NCBI GenBank assembly: GCA_965649765.1
Contig: OZ287752.1
Location: forward strand, 46,128,001 to 46,192,000
DNA from: Bispira polyomma
Taxonomy: Eukaryota
DNA: 64,000 bases
Direction of reading: 5' to 3'
Below the pieces are notes generated by a model that saw only the letters and a list, made by a program, of their open reading frames with translations, was not told the origin of the DNA and searched no databases. Shown here one piece after another: positions 39,681 to 49,100 of this stretch. Each line of letters starts with the position of its first letter. Within the stretch, counting starts at the first letter, position 1. Made by a program: the position numbers and the translations under genes.

Positions 39681-41167
39681 TGTATCCACCGGAGGAGTAA
39701 CTCCATTGGATACTATGCATTAGTCATCGCTACATCGCTGCCGCGTTAGTGTGTGTAGAGATTTTACCGTTACCGCTCTCCTGGGAAAACTGTTACACCT
39801 AGGCTGCTGAAATTTACAGGAAATGTTCTTTATTACAAAACCTTGCCTGGGAGTAATTTTGGCCTCATTTTGACAAACAAGATGGCCGCCACAGGTGTTT
39901 CTTTAAAATAATCAGGCTTTTAACTGTGTCTGTTTCTCAGCTGTAGAAGGTTGAATCTCTTTACGGTGATATGCTTATTGGATATATATGTCCTTTATAA
40001 GCATGCAGACATTTGACCTGGAATCTCCTCATTCAAGGTCATCGACAGAGTGCCAAAGTACCCCAAGTGACCGATTTTGGCCAAACTTTTCCTCGTGCCT
40101 ATATCTCGCTAACTATTGATCCTAGAGGTTGGGATCTAAAACAAACCTATAAAAAATCATGGGCTGGGAATCTTTTCATGTGGTCCGATTTGATCTTGGG
40201 CCCCTTGTTCAAGGTCAAATGTGGGTGGCCAAACTTTAAAGTGCCTACATCTCGCTTAATATTAGTCCTAGAGGTTTGGGATCTAAAAAAAATCTATAGG
40301 TAATCATAAGCAGGAAATCTTTTGATGTGCTCACATTTGACCTTGGCCCTCTCCTTCAAGGTCAAACAAGGATGGCCGAACCTAACACTGCCTATATCTC
40401 ACTTATTTTTGGTCAAACAGGTTTTGGATGTGACACCAACCTTTAGGAAATCATCGGCTGGGAATCTTTTGATGTAGTCCGATTTGACCTTGGGCCCCTC
40501 GTTCAAGGTCAAATGCGGATTGTCTAATTTAAAAGTCCCTATATCTAGCTTATTATTGGTTCCAGAGGTTTGGAATGCCAAACCAACCTATAGAAAATCA
40601 TGGGCTGGGAATCTTTTGATGTACTCAGATTTGACTTTGGGCCCCTCGTTCAAAGTCCAATGCGGATGGCGAAACTTAAAAGTGTCTATATATCGTTTAT
40701 TATTGGTCTGACACATTTTGAATATGAAACCAACCTGTATGAAATCAAGGCCTGGGAATCTTATGATGTGGTCCGATTTGACTTTTGGCCAAGGTCAGTC
40801 TTGGTCAAACTTAAAAGTGCCTATATCTTGCTTATTATTGGTCGTACAGGTTTAGGATGTGAAACCAACCTATAGGAAATCATGGGCTGCTAATCTTTTG
40901 TTGTGGTCAGATTTGACCTTGGATCCCTCGTGCAAGGTCAAACTGGTAGGCCAAACTATCTCGCACTTATTGGTCCTACATGTTTGCAATGTGAAATCCA
41001 CTTGTGCGATTTACGGCTTTAGCATAAATGTCCTGTAGGAAATCATAAGAACCTAGCTTGGGTGCTAGTTAGGGTGCTTCCTACCTAAGGTGCTTGCTAC
41101 CTAGGGTGCTTTGTCATTTCTGGTGGATAGAAATATGCATCGGTTCTTCGATGTGCTAGGTCTAGTT
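39681..41167 (+). mobile_element. Complete HINE (DINE-1/pearl-like) with internal 147-bp tandem array
   Basis: 5' sub-TIR TATCCACCGGA (39683) in a hairpin; 3' sub-TIR TCTGGTGGATA (41119-41129); palindrome GCATCG-GTTCTT-CGATGT; end CTAGTT. Confidence 0.85.
40010..41000 (+). repeat. Tandem array of about 6.5 units of 147 bp
   Basis: TTCAAGGTCA anchor at 40208, 40355, 40502 and 40649 (variant), period 147; degenerate copies at 40032, 40790 and 40931. Confidence 0.92.
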
Positions 41168-42188
41168 ATATTACAAAATTGAACGCCAACGAGTACACAG
41201 TATTTCAATTTCACAGATTCCGCCCGATTTTATGTATTTTCTTCTTGATTTTGGGAAGATTGTATGATGTATGCTGATTAATCTCTCCCTGTACTGTTTC
41301 TCGGGTATTTATTACTATAAATGCTGAGTTTGTGGTGTCTTATCTTATGAGAATGAACATTACTTCAGCCCTGCTTACTAGATAACAATTTTCTTATTTT
41401 GTTACAACTCTGATATATAACATCATTGCTACTCTGTGTGAATGACTAAAGCTGATTTCTCACAATTTGGCAGAGGACAAGTTCTTTAATGGATGGTTGT
41501 AAGTCCTCATAGAATGCAGAACATTCACAACACAAAAGGTTTTAATGGCAAATCTTTGAGAATTTGATGAATATACAGACAGATTATCCTGCAGTAGAAC
41601 CACCTAGTCAGCTACTTTACAGTGGCAATGGGGACTATGGGAGTAATGGGTTTTTATTGGAAATTGAAGCTACAACCAGAACCCTTTCTGAGAAAGCACA
41701 TAATAAGTAATGCTGCTTTTATCTACAAGGGACGGGGGATAACAGGGCCCCGTTGATGGCCGTTCACCCGTTCAACCGTTCACAAGTCCATCTTGTACAG
41801 CAAAACTTCTGCTTTGATGGATGGCGAGGTTCGTTGAAGTCTGTCTACCCACTTGTTACTGAAGTCCGTTTATGGGTTTCCACGGTACAATATCCTGTTC
41901 AGGGTTGCCCTTGAGTACACAGGATGTAGGCGTTTTTCTAAATTAGAACCTAGGGGTAGCCGGCCCCAGGTACACAGTCATCCCGTAAATTGGTTAGATC
42001 TGTCTGCTCTATTTCAGCATCAGAGGTGGATGGAAACAATAATTTGGATCCATCTTACATTGAATGGTTGGCCACAGTAATTACTTCAATACATCCTGAT
42101 TAGGTTGATTCAACAGCATCTTCTGTATTTGATAAAATATCAAGGGTAAGGGGGCACTAGGGTAAGGGTGCTAGGTAAGAGGGCCTCA

Positions 42189-42925
42189 TCACACAAATAC
42201 ATTAATTCCAGTAGGGGTAAGGGTTGGTAAGGCCCATATATAGTACAGTTCCTGGCGTCTGCGTCAATCTGTACTATTTGCCTTATTATCCAAACCTAAC
42301 CAATGGACAATACGGAACTCCATATTTTTAGCAGTGTTATTTCTGACTGAAGTGCCTTGACACTGGATGATTGTAATTTGGGATTGTGAACACTTCTTAC
42401 GTGTTCATACTTCCTTTGTCTAAATGGCCTTTTGGTTTCCCCTATGTATTGTAATCCACATTGATTACTGTTGATCATGTAAATCAGATTATTTAATTCA
42501 CATGTGAGACGGGGTTTTGGTGAGATATTTATACACTTGTAAACCTTTTTTTGTATGAAAACTGGTGAACTGATCCAGTTTTTTAAGTTTGAGGCAGTAT
42601 GTGCACTTGTCTAATCTGGTACAGACAGGTGGGAGATCATTTAATGACTTTTCACAACTATCTGCAGGGTACAGGATTTTGGCAGAGGTAAGTTTATCTC
42701 TGAGGTTAGGTAGCCTCTTAAACCCAATGATAGGTTTTTTATTGAATATTTTCTTTAGGTCATCTGTGTGTTGGATAATATTCCAATTATGTTTAATGAG
42801 TCCTTTAATGTCTGGGTTCATAGGGTTGTATTCAGTTACTAAAACTGGAGGGTCATTTTGCTTTTTTTTGTTTACTGCAAGTAATTGTGCTTGAGTGAAT
42901 TTGTTAGCTTTACTGAAGTGACCCT
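42189..42925 (-). pseudogene. Penelope-like element (Neptune-type), 3' part: thumb, Cys linker, GIY-YIG endonuclease
   Basis: GHFSKANKF..VTEYNP..NLRDKL, CTRLDKCTYC linker, NLIYMI..CGLQYIGETKR, E..YIW.L.TL.P.GIN; frameshifted. Confidence 0.9.
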
Positions 42926-43320
42926 AGATTGAATGCTTGCGTTATGACAAGCATCAGGTGTCAGTTTCCCCAAGTTGGGCTAATTAAAAGCCACTCATTA
43001 GGCCACCACCAGTGGTCCAGAATTTCCCGCCAAAAAGGGGTTACCTGCCCAAGAATAAACAAGCTTACCCTCATTCTGGGAACAAACATTGAACTGGCAA
43101 CAGCTAAAAAAGGACTAAGTTTTTTTTGGGACGCCATTTTAAATTTTACATACAACCAAGGATTTTTACACATAATTATATAACTACAAGATTTTAACAC
43201 AAGACATTCCATGTACAAATTCAAGTGGTTTTAAAAGAAAGTTATATAACAATTGGTGGTTAGTGAATAGTGAGGTGGTGTGCTGTAATAAGTGCAAGTC
43301 ACAGCTCGTGGGAGTTAGTT

Positions 43321-44538
43321 ATGGGGCCCAAGCAGACCGGTAGGCAGCACAATACCAGGAGTAAGAACCGAGAGGAGTGTTACAAGTGCAAGTTCAGTCA
43401 TCGATTGCCAGTTGGGGAGCTCTGCCGCAGAGAGGGACCCCCTGACCAGACCCTGTCGTCCTCTGGGTCGGACAACCCGAATCAGTCAAACGCACCGGGA
43501 ACGTCTAGCCAGACACAGAAACTACAGGAACATCGCGATTCCACAGCTGAGGGGATGGACGCGTCGCAGAATCGGTCAGTTAAAGCAAAGAAAAAACGTG
43601 TCGGGAATGCAGAAGTGGTGGCCAAATTGGATTTGTTTATGAACAAATTCACGCAGTTGGAAGAGCGGGTAACTCGACAGGAAGAACGCCGGGACAGCGA
43701 GTTGTCCCTCTCAACCAGGCCTTCAGCGCATAGCTCGCCAAAACGGAAAACTACAGGTGAAAGGGCTGAGGGGCGAGGGCAGTCTGATAAGGCTACCAAG
43801 CTGCCTTCCTTGGATTTTCTGCGGGGGAACACCACCATCCAAGACGAGGTCAACAGGAGGTTACGACAGTACCAGGATGTATCCAGAGACGACCTCACAG
43901 GTATTTTCATTAACAAAAAATCGCTTAAATCGGGGAGATTACGTGTAGGGGACCAAAAGGTCAAGGTTTCTGTGCCATGGCCACACGAGTACTGTATGCT
44001 CAACGAACATATGAAAATGCCTACCTATGAAGACTTAACGCTATGCCAGTGGGTACAGGGTTTCGCGCGTTGTGTATTAGAGGAAGCCGATGAGGAAGTG
44101 AGAAAGAACATGCTGCAGTACCAGTATTTACTGATGCAGGACGCAATCGATCTGTCCTGGGCTACGGCCAAGAGAGCACATGTAGCAGTGCTGTCTGAAA
44201 TAGAGAGGGGTAACGCGACGTGGGAAGATGTCGGAGAAATTGATCGCATACGTCAACGGTTCACACAAAGAACCCTGAAAGGGGCTGGCTCGTCCACTTA
44301 CAACGGCTCGACTAAGGAACAAGCTCAGAACAGTAAGGTAACTGTATGTCCTAAGTATTCAAAAGGTGTGTGTAGATTCGAAGGAGACCACTTCGAAGGG
44401 GGTAAAATGCTTAAGCACTCTTGTAGCTATTGCTACAAAGCCGTTCACAAGAACTATGACCATCCTGAGATAAAATGTAACAGGAAAGTAAAAGAAAGCG
44501 GTTCAAAGGGCACCGACAAGGCCGAACCGCGGGTTTAG
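43321..44538 (+). CDS. Gag-like ORF1 of the YR retrotransposon (405 aa from the first ATG)
   Basis: N-terminal CYKCKFSH-x7-C; LKSGR and WPHEY..YEDLT..QWVQGF core; C-terminal CPKYSKGVC-x5-H and HSCSYC-x8-HPEIKC fingers. Confidence 0.88.
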   Translation: MGPKQTGRQHNTRSKNREECYKCKFSHRLPVGELCRREGPPDQTLSSSGSDNPNQSNAPGTSSQTQKLQEHRDSTAEGMDASQNRSVKAKKKRVGNAEVVAKLDLFMNKFTQLEERVTRQEERRDSELSLSTRPSAHSSPKRKTTGERAEGRGQSDKATKLPSLDFLRGNTTIQDEVNRRLRQYQDVSRDDLTGIFINKKSLKSGRLRVGDQKVKVSVPWPHEYCMLNEHMKMPTYEDLTLCQWVQGFARCVLEEADEEVRKNMLQYQYLLMQDAIDLSWATAKRAHVAVLSEIERGNATWEDVGEIDRIRQRFTQRTLKGAGSSTYNGSTKEQAQNSKVTVCPKYSKGVCRFEGDHFEGGKMLKHSCSYCYKAVHKNYDHPEIKCNRKVKESGSKGTDKAEPRV

Positions 44539-44713
44539 TGTAACTAGGGCTCACTCTCACAGTATCACCAGTGCTCGCTTACCAAGCAATCATTCCCAGA
44601 CAAAGGGGGGTATTGTAACGAATAACGACATCTGGAAAAGTGGGTTTTGGCAGAGCCAGCATTTAGGCTCTTGTAGCTGTCAATGGTGTATAAAAGATAA
44701 GGTAAATTATGTA

Positions 44714-47029
44714 TTGCAGGGAATTGATACTGTGAGTAGGGGCGCCCCGCTGCTTAGCTTCACTACTGAATATAATAGGCATAAGGTTCAATGTAGGCGG
44801 GCAAATACAACGTTATTAAACAGTAACTGCACCAGTGTTTACAATGGTTCTGAGATTAATGTATTTTCCATGGTTAGTACCAGCATAGACTATACTGATA
44901 GTGTTTCCTCATACCAGTGTTGGGAGGTAAATAAGGACAGCTGTGTTGATAAATATAGTCAGTTTAAGGGATGGGTCAAGGACGACTTGGCCCCAGGGCT
45001 AGACAGTGTAAGGGTCCATGATATAGGGCATACAGGGAGTCTCATGTTCAATGCAGATTTCGACATGTCAAATCTAAACAGTGAAATAGGAAACACCCAA
45101 GCATATTCTAGTAATTGTGAGGTAGGTAACGAGTCAATTAATGTCAGCACGGCCATAAAGCAGGGGCAATTTGGGGATAACCGTAGAATTAACCACGTCA
45201 GTGTGCCCCCAAATGGCAGCCAATTAAGCCAGTATCAAAGCCTAGTGGGGGAAATTTCCTTACAAATAAAGGGGGGAAACCTTCAGGAATGGCTCAGGGG
45301 ATTTATTCCTATTCAACCAGGTCCCTTTGTACAAATTAATGTCCATAGGGAGGGGGGTGAATTACAAAGTAAGGACATGCAACAATGGGTTGGGGAGGCA
45401 CACACGTTAGTCAAACACAAAGGCGTGCCTAATTACAAGGGGGCTAGAATAATGGTTCCCGCCCAATTGAACATTACTGCTTGGCGTGCTTATTTAAAGG
45501 ACTATGACCTTTCAATTGTTTGTGAGTATTTACAATATGGGTTTCCCTTAGCGCTTGATTATAGTACTTTTCAGTACAACTCACGGGTAGATAACCACTC
45601 GTCCGCAGTGGCATATCCAATGGACGTAGACAAGTATTTTAAAACAGAAATTAGTTACAAGGCAATGGTGGGGCCTTTAAGAACTAGTCCTTTTGAAAAG
45701 TTACATGTGTCACCCTTAATGTCTAGGCCCAAGCCAAATGGTAGTAGAAGAATAATTGTGGACCTCTCATGGCCACGTGGTAACAGTGTAAACTCATGCA
45801 TACCTCGGAATTGCTTTGATAATATTGAATATCAGCTTAAGTACCCAACCATGGACAACATAGTGGAAAAGATAGCCAGGCTAGGCCCACAGTGTTTAAT
45901 TTATAAAATAGACCTTCAAAGGGCCTATAGAAATTTAAGGACCGATCCTTTAGATTATCCTGTACTTGGTCTTAACTGGCAAAGTAAGTTATATGTAGAT
46001 ATATCGGTACCATTTGGCCTTTCCTCAGGCGCATGCGCGTGCCAAATGATGACAGATTGCATAACTTACCTCATGCACACTAATAATTACTGGGTATGTT
46101 CTTACCTGGATGATTGCGTCGGAATTGCGCCTCCTGGCAAGGCTAGCCTGGCTTTCAAAACACTGTATAATTTAATACAAAAACTCGGCCTACCAATTAA
46201 TCAAGACAAAGTGGATACTCCCACAAGTGAATTAGTTTGTTTAGGCATTCAAATAAATGCACACACGGGGCGGCTTACAATACCTATAGACAAGTTAATG
46301 GAGGTCAAACACTTGTGTACACAATGGAAGACTAGAACAAAGGCCACCCGTAAGGGATTACAAAGGCTTTTGGGAAAACTCCTTTACATTCACTGGTGTG
46401 TAAAACCGGCTAGGTTGTTTGTCAACAGGATACTAGGGGTACTTAGGGGAATCCCCCCATGCACAACTGTGTCATTGGATAACGAGTTCTACAAGGATAT
46501 TAACTGGTTCTGTGAATTCTTGGAAGATTTTAATGGGGTTACAGAAATACATCAAATTAATGGCATAATCAATCAAGTATATGTAGATGCATCCTTAAGT
46601 AGCTTGGGGGCCTATTGGGACGAAAAAGTTTACTCAGTACATATACCTCAGCACTATAAAGACAACCTCACCATTGTTCATTTTGAGATGGTAAACATAA
46701 TTGTGGCATTTCAGCTATGGGGACCCAAATGGGCCAATCAAAAAATTAGTGTCCACTGCGACAATTTAGCTGTAGTGCACATACTTAACAGATTTAGATG
46801 CAGAGACTCTTTCCTCAATGCGTGTGCACGCACCTTATGGCTGTTGCAAGCCACAAACAATATTGACATGTCGGTACAACACGTTAGGGGCATTGATAAT
46901 ACCTACGCTGATTTATTGTCACGGTGGGAGCACTTTAAGAATACAAACAAGTCTGATGTAGCTTATTTACATACCTGTACATGGCATGAAGTAGATCCAA
47001 CATGGCTCGTACCTAATTTTAATATTTAA
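44714..47029 (+). CDS. Reverse transcriptase-RNase H (frame open from 44492, first ATG at 44870)
   Basis: RRIIVDLS, KIDLQRAYR, VPFGL, YLDD, LGI; RNase H YVDAS, IVHFEM, HCDN, NTYADLLSR. No methyltransferase-like domain follows. Confidence 0.95.
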   Translation: MQGIDTVSRGAPLLSFTTEYNRHKVQCRRANTTLLNSNCTSVYNGSEINVFSMVSTSIDYTDSVSSYQCWEVNKDSCVDKYSQFKGWVKDDLAPGLDSVRVHDIGHTGSLMFNADFDMSNLNSEIGNTQAYSSNCEVGNESINVSTAIKQGQFGDNRRINHVSVPPNGSQLSQYQSLVGEISLQIKGGNLQEWLRGFIPIQPGPFVQINVHREGGELQSKDMQQWVGEAHTLVKHKGVPNYKGARIMVPAQLNITAWRAYLKDYDLSIVCEYLQYGFPLALDYSTFQYNSRVDNHSSAVAYPMDVDKYFKTEISYKAMVGPLRTSPFEKLHVSPLMSRPKPNGSRRIIVDLSWPRGNSVNSCIPRNCFDNIEYQLKYPTMDNIVEKIARLGPQCLIYKIDLQRAYRNLRTDPLDYPVLGLNWQSKLYVDISVPFGLSSGACACQMMTDCITYLMHTNNYWVCSYLDDCVGIAPPGKASLAFKTLYNLIQKLGLPINQDKVDTPTSELVCLGIQINAHTGRLTIPIDKLMEVKHLCTQWKTRTKATRKGLQRLLGKLLYIHWCVKPARLFVNRILGVLRGIPPCTTVSLDNEFYKDINWFCEFLEDFNGVTEIHQINGIINQVYVDASLSSLGAYWDEKVYSVHIPQHYKDNLTIVHFEMVNIIVAFQLWGPKWANQKISVHCDNLAVVHILNRFRCRDSFLNACARTLWLLQATNNIDMSVQHVRGIDNTYADLLSRWEHFKNTNKSDVAYLHTCTWHEVDPTWLVPNFNI

Positions 47030-47039
47030 TTATTTGTAG

Positions 47040-48016
47040 GTCACCCTCTGATAACTGGCTTGCTTCGAGATGTCAATACAAGGGTGTCCAAAGGATTCAG
47101 ACCCCGCACTTCTGCAGCCTATCAGGCTAAGTTCAGGCTGTACATAGCCTTTCTAGTGTATTTAAGGGTTAAGTCTCACACTCACCTTAATTCAGTTCTG
47201 CTTTTCCTGGAGTTCTTGGCTCAGCAGGGCCATAAAGCTACCACTATTACAGGGTACCTCACAGTATTAAAACATTTCTTCCAAATGTATGACCTCCCAG
47301 CCAGTGCCTTGTATCATAAAAAGGTAGCTCTGGTCATAAAAGCAGTAGCAAATAACACTCCACTTACATACAAGATCAAAGGGATTTTCTCCACCCATAC
47401 CCTCCAACAGTTAGTTGCCTTCGCAACTGGGTTTCCTGGGGTGAGGCAGTACAAGGCAATCTTTTTGCTGGCATTTTTTGGCTTTTACAGGTTGGCCACT
47501 TTAGTACCCAATACTGCAGCTCAATTTCAACCATCACGGTTCCCAACAGAGAGTGACGTCATTTGGGGGGCTCCTGGGGCGCACATCCTCACCAAATGTG
47601 CAAAAAATATGCAAAAATCCGGGCAGCTACAAGTGATGCAGGTTCCTAGGCTTAAAAACTCACCCATCTGCCCCGTTAGGGCCTTAAAGCACATAGTTCC
47701 CAAACAAACCTCCAATAAGATTCCATTATTTAAATACTTACACAAAGGCGCAACTGTGGTCATAACCTCCTATCAGGTTAGAAAAGTCCTCGCTTCACTT
47801 CTCACTAGGCTAGGCCTCCCTCCAGCCGAATTGGGGTTCCATGCACTACGCCGTTCGGGGGCCTCATGGGCTTTTGACCATAATGTAGAACTAGACCATA
47901 TAAAGGTCCATGGGGGATGGCGCTCTGATGCGATTTGGCGCTATCTCATCAAAACACCCGTGGCTGCAAGTAAAGTTGCCACCACATTCACACAACACCT
48001 CACACCTCAATCTTAA
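47040..48016 (+). CDS. Tyrosine recombinase (no ATG near the ORF start; probably a spliced exon)
   Basis: FFGFYR, KN, CPVRAL, FHALRRSGA, GGWRS and WRY give the catalytic set R-K-H-R-W-Y; TTTGTAG acceptor at 47033-47039. Confidence 0.93.
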
Positions 48017-48437
48017 TACCCCTACTTATTGGCTTGGTTATTTCAGTATATACATAGATAAGTAAACCTACAACATTAGTGTAAACAGTTAAGTAGTAGA
48101 GTAAATAACAAATTAGTAGGTTAACCTTAAAGCTCAACTTAAGCTTAAGATAACCCTAACTCATAGTGTAAGGTCACCTTAAAGTCACAGCGTAGTGGCC
48201 CTTTATGTTAACCTTAACTCAAGCTAGGGACACCAGTTTACCATATAAGGTCACCATAAAGTCACCAGTAAAAGCGCGGGCTAGTGCGTTGCCATGGTTA
48301 AACTTCACTCTAGTTAAGGACACCTTTGGTTAGCCTTAAGGTCACCTTAAAGTCACAAGTTAAGGCCTTGGCTACAGTTTAAGGTGACCTTATGTCAGTA
48401 GATTAGTTTTAACCCTGTATATGTTATGTGTGTAATT

Positions 48438-48443
48438 AATAAA
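48438..48443 (+). terminator. Putative polyadenylation signal of the YR element
   Basis: AATAAA followed by GT-rich TTTGTTGTT about 20 nt downstream. Confidence 0.5.
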
Positions 48444-48546
48444 GCCAAAATATGTGATAAATTTGTTGTTACTCTGCGTTATGTCCACAAACCTTTCGCA
48501 TGACTAAGATCACCTGATCACTTACCTCACAGCTTGGGGAAACTGA

Positions 48547-49100
48547 TGAGTGATTTAATGGGGTAACCATGAGCAAGGTAGTACTCAGTGAGTTTCTTGG
48601 CATTGCTGGTGAAATCCTCATTTAGTGTGCATATGCACCTGAGTCTGAGGTATTGCCCATAGGGACCTTTATCCAAAACGCTTTTTGGGTGTGCTGAGGT
48701 GTGGTGTCGATACAGGTGAGTATCAGTGGGTTTGTTATACAGAGTAGTGATGAGCTCTCTTTGTGGATTAAAATAGACTGTTGTGTCTAAAAAATCTATA
48801 TGGGTGCTGTTATATTCATATGTGAATTTAATGGTTTGGTGAATGTTATTCAGGTAATTCACAAAATCCATTAACGCATTCTCACCATGAGTCCAGATGA
48901 TAAACATGTCATCAATAAATCTTTTCCACACTAATGGTTTTAATTGGTAGCCTTTTAGTGCTTTGGTTTCAAATCTGTCCATGAAAAGATTGGCATAGTT
49001 GGGTGCAAGTGATGTGCCCATAGCTGTACCTCCTATTTGGATATAGTGGTCGCCATTGAATTGGAAGTTCATACTGTGAAGAACTAATTTGAGTAGGTCC
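48547..49100 (-). pseudogene. Penelope-like element, RT part (5'-truncated)
   Basis: GTAMGTSLAPNYANLFM, WKRFIDD, IKFT, FLD, LYNKPTD, SAHP, GYP; continues at 42925. Confidence 0.93.

Larger units (their letters stand above)
42926..48546 (+). mobile_element. Apparently intact tyrosine-recombinase retrotransposon (Ngaro-like proteins, atypical ends)
   Basis: Three uninterrupted ORFs (gag, RT-RH, YR). Boundaries fixed to +/-1 nt by rejoining the Penelope frame GYPIKSL-x-GHFSKANKF. No TSD; short inverted motif 42961-42977/48530-48546. Confidence 0.93.

Noticed and set aside
40013-40875. Short repetitive ORFs
   Set aside because: By-products of a 147-bp (multiple of 3) satellite unit.
43482-44003. 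173-aa antisense ORF
   Set aside because: Shadow of the gag frame with no recognisable motif.
44531-44537. GGGTTTA as a -1 slippery heptamer
   Set aside because: Wrong phase in gag (GG GTT TA), and pol is in the +1 frame.
48170-48356. CRISPR-like repeat-spacer array
   Set aside because: Eukaryotic context, only three 19-mers, unequal spacers of 58 and 72 nt, no cas genes.
48543-48560. CTGATGAG as a Penelope-type hammerhead ribozyme core
   Set aside because: It is created by the element/target junction, lies antisense to Penelope and has no stem II plus GAAA.
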